Shown: piece by piece, positions 60,307 through 64,000 of the stretch
Numbering within the stretch: position 1 is the stretch's first letter
Layout: each line of letters begins with the position of its first letter
Assembly (NCBI GenBank): GCA_963733055.1
Contig: CAVTBR010000001.1
Span: 960,001 to 1,024,000 of the forward strand
DNA: 64,000 bases
Direction of reading: 5' to 3'
Source of the DNA: Candidatus Bathyarchaeota archaeon
GTDB taxonomy: Archaea; Thermoproteota; Bathyarchaeia; 40CM-2-53-6
Translations under genes and position numbers: made by a program
Notes under the pieces: model-generated
What the model saw: only the letters and a program-made list of their open reading frames with translations
The model's database searches: none
Told to the model about the DNA's origin: nothing

Positions 60307-62712
60307 CTACATTAGATAGAGCAAGGGGAACAGGAATATCCAGACGATGTCAACGAAAGCCCAGTATAATGCGAAGTAAGTGACCGCGTCGTGGTTCGTT
60401 TTGGAAAATCCACCTTTCAGTCCTTTAGTGATCAGAAAGCCCATGAACGCTAAACCGACCAGGATATGCACCGCGTGTATGCCGGTCATAAAGTAGTAAG
60501 TGCTACCGGGCAGTCCGCTTGCGATAGTGAATGGTGGGTTTCGAGTTAGGAGCTGGAACCATTCAATTATCTTGATTGAAAGGAAGGCTCCGGCGAGAGC
60601 GAAGGTAGCGCCCATCCAGCCCACGAACCCGTTTCTGTTGCCGTTTCTAATTGAGTATAGCGCTAGGAATGCTGTCATGCCGCTTGAGAATAGCAGGAGC
60701 GTGTTGAATGTAGCTAGTTCTATGTTGTGAATTGCCGCGGGCGGAGGCCACATCGGGACGTTCTCTCTAATGAATAAGTAGCTGCCGATAATGGCGGTGA
60801 AGAGCATCATCTCACCCGCCAGCGTAAGCCAGACTCCGACTTTCACGTGGGATAAATGATTGAAAGGCCATTTTTCTCCCGGTGGTTCTTCGGGGACTTT
60901 GAAGAGTCCGTACAGGTCGTCCTTGAACCAGGATACTACTCCCCATACGCCCACGACGATTCCGACCAGCAATAATGGTAGCGAGGTGACGAGGCCGATG
61001 AAAGCCATACCCAAGCCGGCCGAAATTACTAGGGGGCTTGAGTTCAGGGGCGTGGCGACGTGCGCTGACGTCCCTCCATCAAGGGCGTGGGATTCAGTTG
61101 AGTAGACCGCGGGATAATTCTTCACATATGATTCGACGTCTCCCGTCCATTCCGGTGAGGCGACGCCCCATGGGTTTCTTCCACATGGTTTTCCGAACGT
61201 GGCCATCTCTATCATAAGGTAGAGAAGGAGAATCTGAGCGAGCCCGAATCCCCATGCGCCGATGGTTTCTATGTAATTGAGTGACCCCCATCCGGTGGCT
61301 GGTGCGTATGTGTAGACTCTTCTTGGCATGTCGAGTAGGAATGTCATCGGGAAGAAGAGCAGGTTGAAAAATACGAATGAAAGAATGAAGTGAAGCTTTC
61401 CAATTGCTTCGTTGTACATCCTGCCAGTCCACCTTGGCATCCAGTAGTAAATGGCGCCGAATAATGCGAACTCTGCGGTACCGACCATTATGTAGTGGAA
61501 GTGGGAAACTACTTGGTATGTGCCCCTAAATGATACATCAAGGAAGAGGGATGAGTCAAAAACACCCGTTATCCCACCAATCACGAACGTCGCTATTGAT
61601 CCTAAGGCCATGAGCATAGGAGTCTTAAACTTCACAGCGCCCCCGATCATAGTTGCGGCAAAACAGAGCACGATCATTCCAGACGGAAGCGTGTTGATCT
61701 CCGTGTTCAACGTGAAGATTTCTCGTTGAAACGCGTTAATGCCGGTAAGGAACATGTGGTGACCGTAGATCGCGAAGCTGAATGGGATCATGCCAAAGGC
61801 GAGGGATAGAAGGATCGCCTTCTTCGCGTAGAGGGGGCGGCCCGAGAATACGGATAGTATCTCTGCAGCGGCGCCCAATCCTGGGAGAATCACTACGTAC
61901 ACTTCAGGATGGCCGAAGAACCACCACATGTGATCCCATAAGACAGAGCTTCCTCCAGAACTCACGAAAAACAACGAACCCAGAGACCGGTCCACGATCA
62001 ACGCCAACGTGCCGGAGAATATTGATGGAACAGAAAAGAGGAGCATTAATTGTGTTACAAGAGTGAACGTCGTGAAGGTTGGCATCTTCATCCAAGTCAT
62101 CCCAGGAGCCCTCATTGAGACGATGGTTGCAATGAGATTCACGCTGCCCATCGTCAGGGAGCCCCAGAGCATGAGTAGCCCAAGCGCGATTAACGTCTCG
62201 CCGCCTCCGGGAAGGAATAGTTTGGAGTTGAGTGGCGCGTAATTGGTCCACCCCGCGGAGGCGGCTCCGCCGGGAACAAAGAATCCTGCTATGGCCACTA
62301 TTCCGCCGAATGCGTACATCCAGTAGCTAAATGCGTTGAAGCGAGGGAACACGACATCCTTGGCTCCTATCTGCAACGGAACGAAATAGTTTGCGAACGC
62401 CGCCCCGAGCGGTGATAGGAACCAAAGCACCATAATGAGGCCGTGCATCGACACAGCCTGATTATATGCGGCGGAGGTTAAGAGAGCATTTTGGGGAAAA
62501 GCGAGCTGCGTTCTCATGAGAAGGGCTAGAATGCCGCCTATGAAGAGGAAGTAGAACGCAGTAACAAAATACAGAATTCCAACCTGTTTATGGTCAGTGG
62601 TGAGAAGCCAAGACTTCAACCAAGAGGCAGCTGGCTTACGGCGAACGCCAACAGCCTTCTCAATTCTGCTTAGCCGCTGCTCGATCGCATCCAGCCTATG
62701 TTCAACAGACAT
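60307..62712 (-). CDS. Heme-copper oxidase fused subunit I+III (SoxM-like, A1 signature)
   Basis: TTDHK, MHG, KD..FPR, GWTNY, WFFGHPEVY, GHHMF, SHFHY, PRR; then subunit III motifs GEMMLF, TGIHAVH, YWAFVD. Confidence 0.95.
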   Translation of the reverse strand: MSVEHRLDAIEQRLSRIEKAVGVRRKPAASWLKSWLLTTDHKQVGILYFVTAFYFLFIGGILALLMRTQLAFPQNALLTSAAYNQAVSMHGLIMVLWFLSPLGAAFANYFVPLQIGAKDVVFPRFNAFSYWMYAFGGIVAIAGFFVPGGAASAGWTNYAPLNSKLFLPGGGETLIALGLLMLWGSLTMGSVNLIATIVSMRAPGMTWMKMPTFTTFTLVTQLMLLFSVPSIFSGTLALIVDRSLGSLFFVSSGGSSVLWDHMWWFFGHPEVYVVILPGLGAAAEILSVFSGRPLYAKKAILLSLAFGMIPFSFAIYGHHMFLTGINAFQREIFTLNTEINTLPSGMIVLCFAATMIGGAVKFKTPMLMALGSIATFVIGGITGVFDSSLFLDVSFRGTYQVVSHFHYIMVGTAEFALFGAIYYWMPRWTGRMYNEAIGKLHFILSFVFFNLLFFPMTFLLDMPRRVYTYAPATGWGSLNYIETIGAWGFGLAQILLLYLMIEMATFGKPCGRNPWGVASPEWTGDVESYVKNYPAVYSTESHALDGGTSAHVATPLNSSPLVISAGLGMAFIGLVTSLPLLLVGIVVGVWGVVSWFKDDLYGLFKVPEEPPGEKWPFNHLSHVKVGVWLTLAGEMMLFTAIIGSYLFIRENVPMWPPPAAIHNIELATFNTLLLFSSGMTAFLALYSIRNGNRNGFVGWMGATFALAGAFLSIKIIEWFQLLTRNPPFTIASGLPGSTYYFMTGIHAVHILVGLAFMGFLITKGLKGGFSKTNHDAVTYFALYWAFVDIVWIFLFPLLYLM

Positions 62713-63393
62713 TAGGTTCCAGCTCCTGAGCTCGTTGTTGCTCCGGTTGAGGCGTACCACGAATTGAACGTGGCGGGATCTTCCACAATCATCTTACCAA
62801 TCATCGTCGCGTGCCCCGCCCCACAGAGCTCGAAGCATTGCACCGTAAAATTACCCGGGGTGGTTGTCTGAATCCACACAGGGTTCACTCTCCCAGGAAT
62901 TGCATCAGTCTTGACGCGGAAATACGGGATTCCGAATTGATGGTATACGTCTCGTGAAGTAACATTGAAGATGACGATTGAATTCGCGGGGACGTAGGCT
63001 ACATCTTCGGATACGAAACCGTTGGCGTAAATGAAAGTCCACGCGAACTGGTGCGCAACGACGTTAATGTGGATCGTGGTTGGCGAGCTTGGCGCTGTAG
63101 AAAAGGCACTGTAAGTTGCAAAACTCTGAGTTCCGACGGCGATGAGGACTATGGCCATGAGAATGTAGACCATGGCCGGCCCCTTCCACTTGGCATCGCG
63201 ATTCTCCTTGGCCTTTGGATCAGTCGGCATACGTGTTGATCCCGAACGTGCCCGGTACCTAACACAAAAGTAGATTATGATTGCAAAGGAGACAACCCGC
63301 GGAAGCAATCCCAAGATAGGAATAAAGGTTGTAAACGTACTCAAAACCCATGCGAGTTGGAGGAGTTTGGAGAATGATTGAGCTGAAAACCAC
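62712..63393 (-). CDS. Heme-copper oxidase subunit II with CuA; +1 frameshift near 63297
   Basis: HQFAWTF, DVYHQF, CFELCGAGHATM; first TM segment (YNLYSYLGIASA) lies in another frame; TAATG overlap with subunit I. Confidence 0.9.
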
Positions 63394-63631
63394 TTCAGGC
63401 TTTCCCCACAAGTCAATATTGAGTGCGATCTTAAACAACTTAAAGATATCCAAAACTTGTAACCAGGTTGTTCACAGCGCAGGCCACTTCGTCTGTTGCA
63501 AACGCGAATCGGAAGTTTTAAAAACAAAACAAATTGTTTTACGGTGCCTCACTCGATATTTTTGTGGCAGTTCGACTTCCTTTTTGGTAGAGCTTAAGTA
63601 TCGATTCATTCGTTTCTAAGGTGGAATCATC

Positions 63632-64000
63632 TTGAGCAAATCTGGTTGGTCTGTTTCCGCATCTACGGCACTAGCCGTTGCGCTCGTCGCACTCATAGTC
63701 GCATTGGCGGGCTTCGCGGTCCCTCTGATCTCACCCTACAATGCCTCGAGCGATCAAGTAAACACGCTTCAAAGCCAAGTCGGTCAACTTCAACAACAAA
63801 TTAGTTCGCTCCCCGCAGTAAACGAGCCACCGACTACGCGAATTATTCTAATGGATTGGGCGAATACCGGAAACTCTGGACAGGATCGGTTCAATCCAAA
63901 CGTCGTCACAATCAACCAGGGCGATACCATTCATATCACATTCGAAGACAATGACACGGACGGGCATACATTCGAGATCTTGCTACCCACCGGCCTGTTC
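63632..64000 (+). CDS. Membrane-anchored cupredoxin (runs off right edge; not in ORF track)
   Basis: MSKSGW..TM..coiled coil..DRFNPNVVTINQGDTIHITFEDNDTDGHTF. Confidence 0.8.
   Translation, partial: MSKSGWSVSASTALAVALVALIVALAGFAVPLISPYNASSDQVNTLQSQVGQLQQQISSLPAVNEPPTTRIILMDWANTGNSGQDRFNPNVVTINQGDTIHITFEDNDTDGHTFEILLPTGLF

Overview
Archaeal chromosomal window, most consistent with a TACK-superphylum lineage such as Bathyarchaeia or a deep Nitrososphaerota. This is inferred from a eukaryote-like topoisomerase IB, a CFI-box-CTERM protein, a Sulfolobus-type zinc ferredoxin and a multi-intron BHB tRNA. From left to right: (1) a glycosylation and cell-surface region (GT4/GT2 glycosyltransferases, epimerase, Ser/Thr-rich secreted proteins, two GT remnants); (2) TopIB and stress/transport genes; (3) a tRNA-Leu(CAG) gene split by three introns; (4) a probable acid-sugar catabolic cluster with three mandelate racemase/MLE-family enolases; (5) a ClC channel, oxidoreductases and several apparently degenerate enzymes; (6) a heme-copper oxidase operon (II, fused I+III, IV) flanked by three cupredoxins and Cys-motif or beta-propeller accessory genes. 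At least seven single-base insertions split six otherwise intact genes and are probably sequencing errors. No CRISPR array, rRNA or mobile element was seen. All calls come from reading motifs by eye; no database searches were run.
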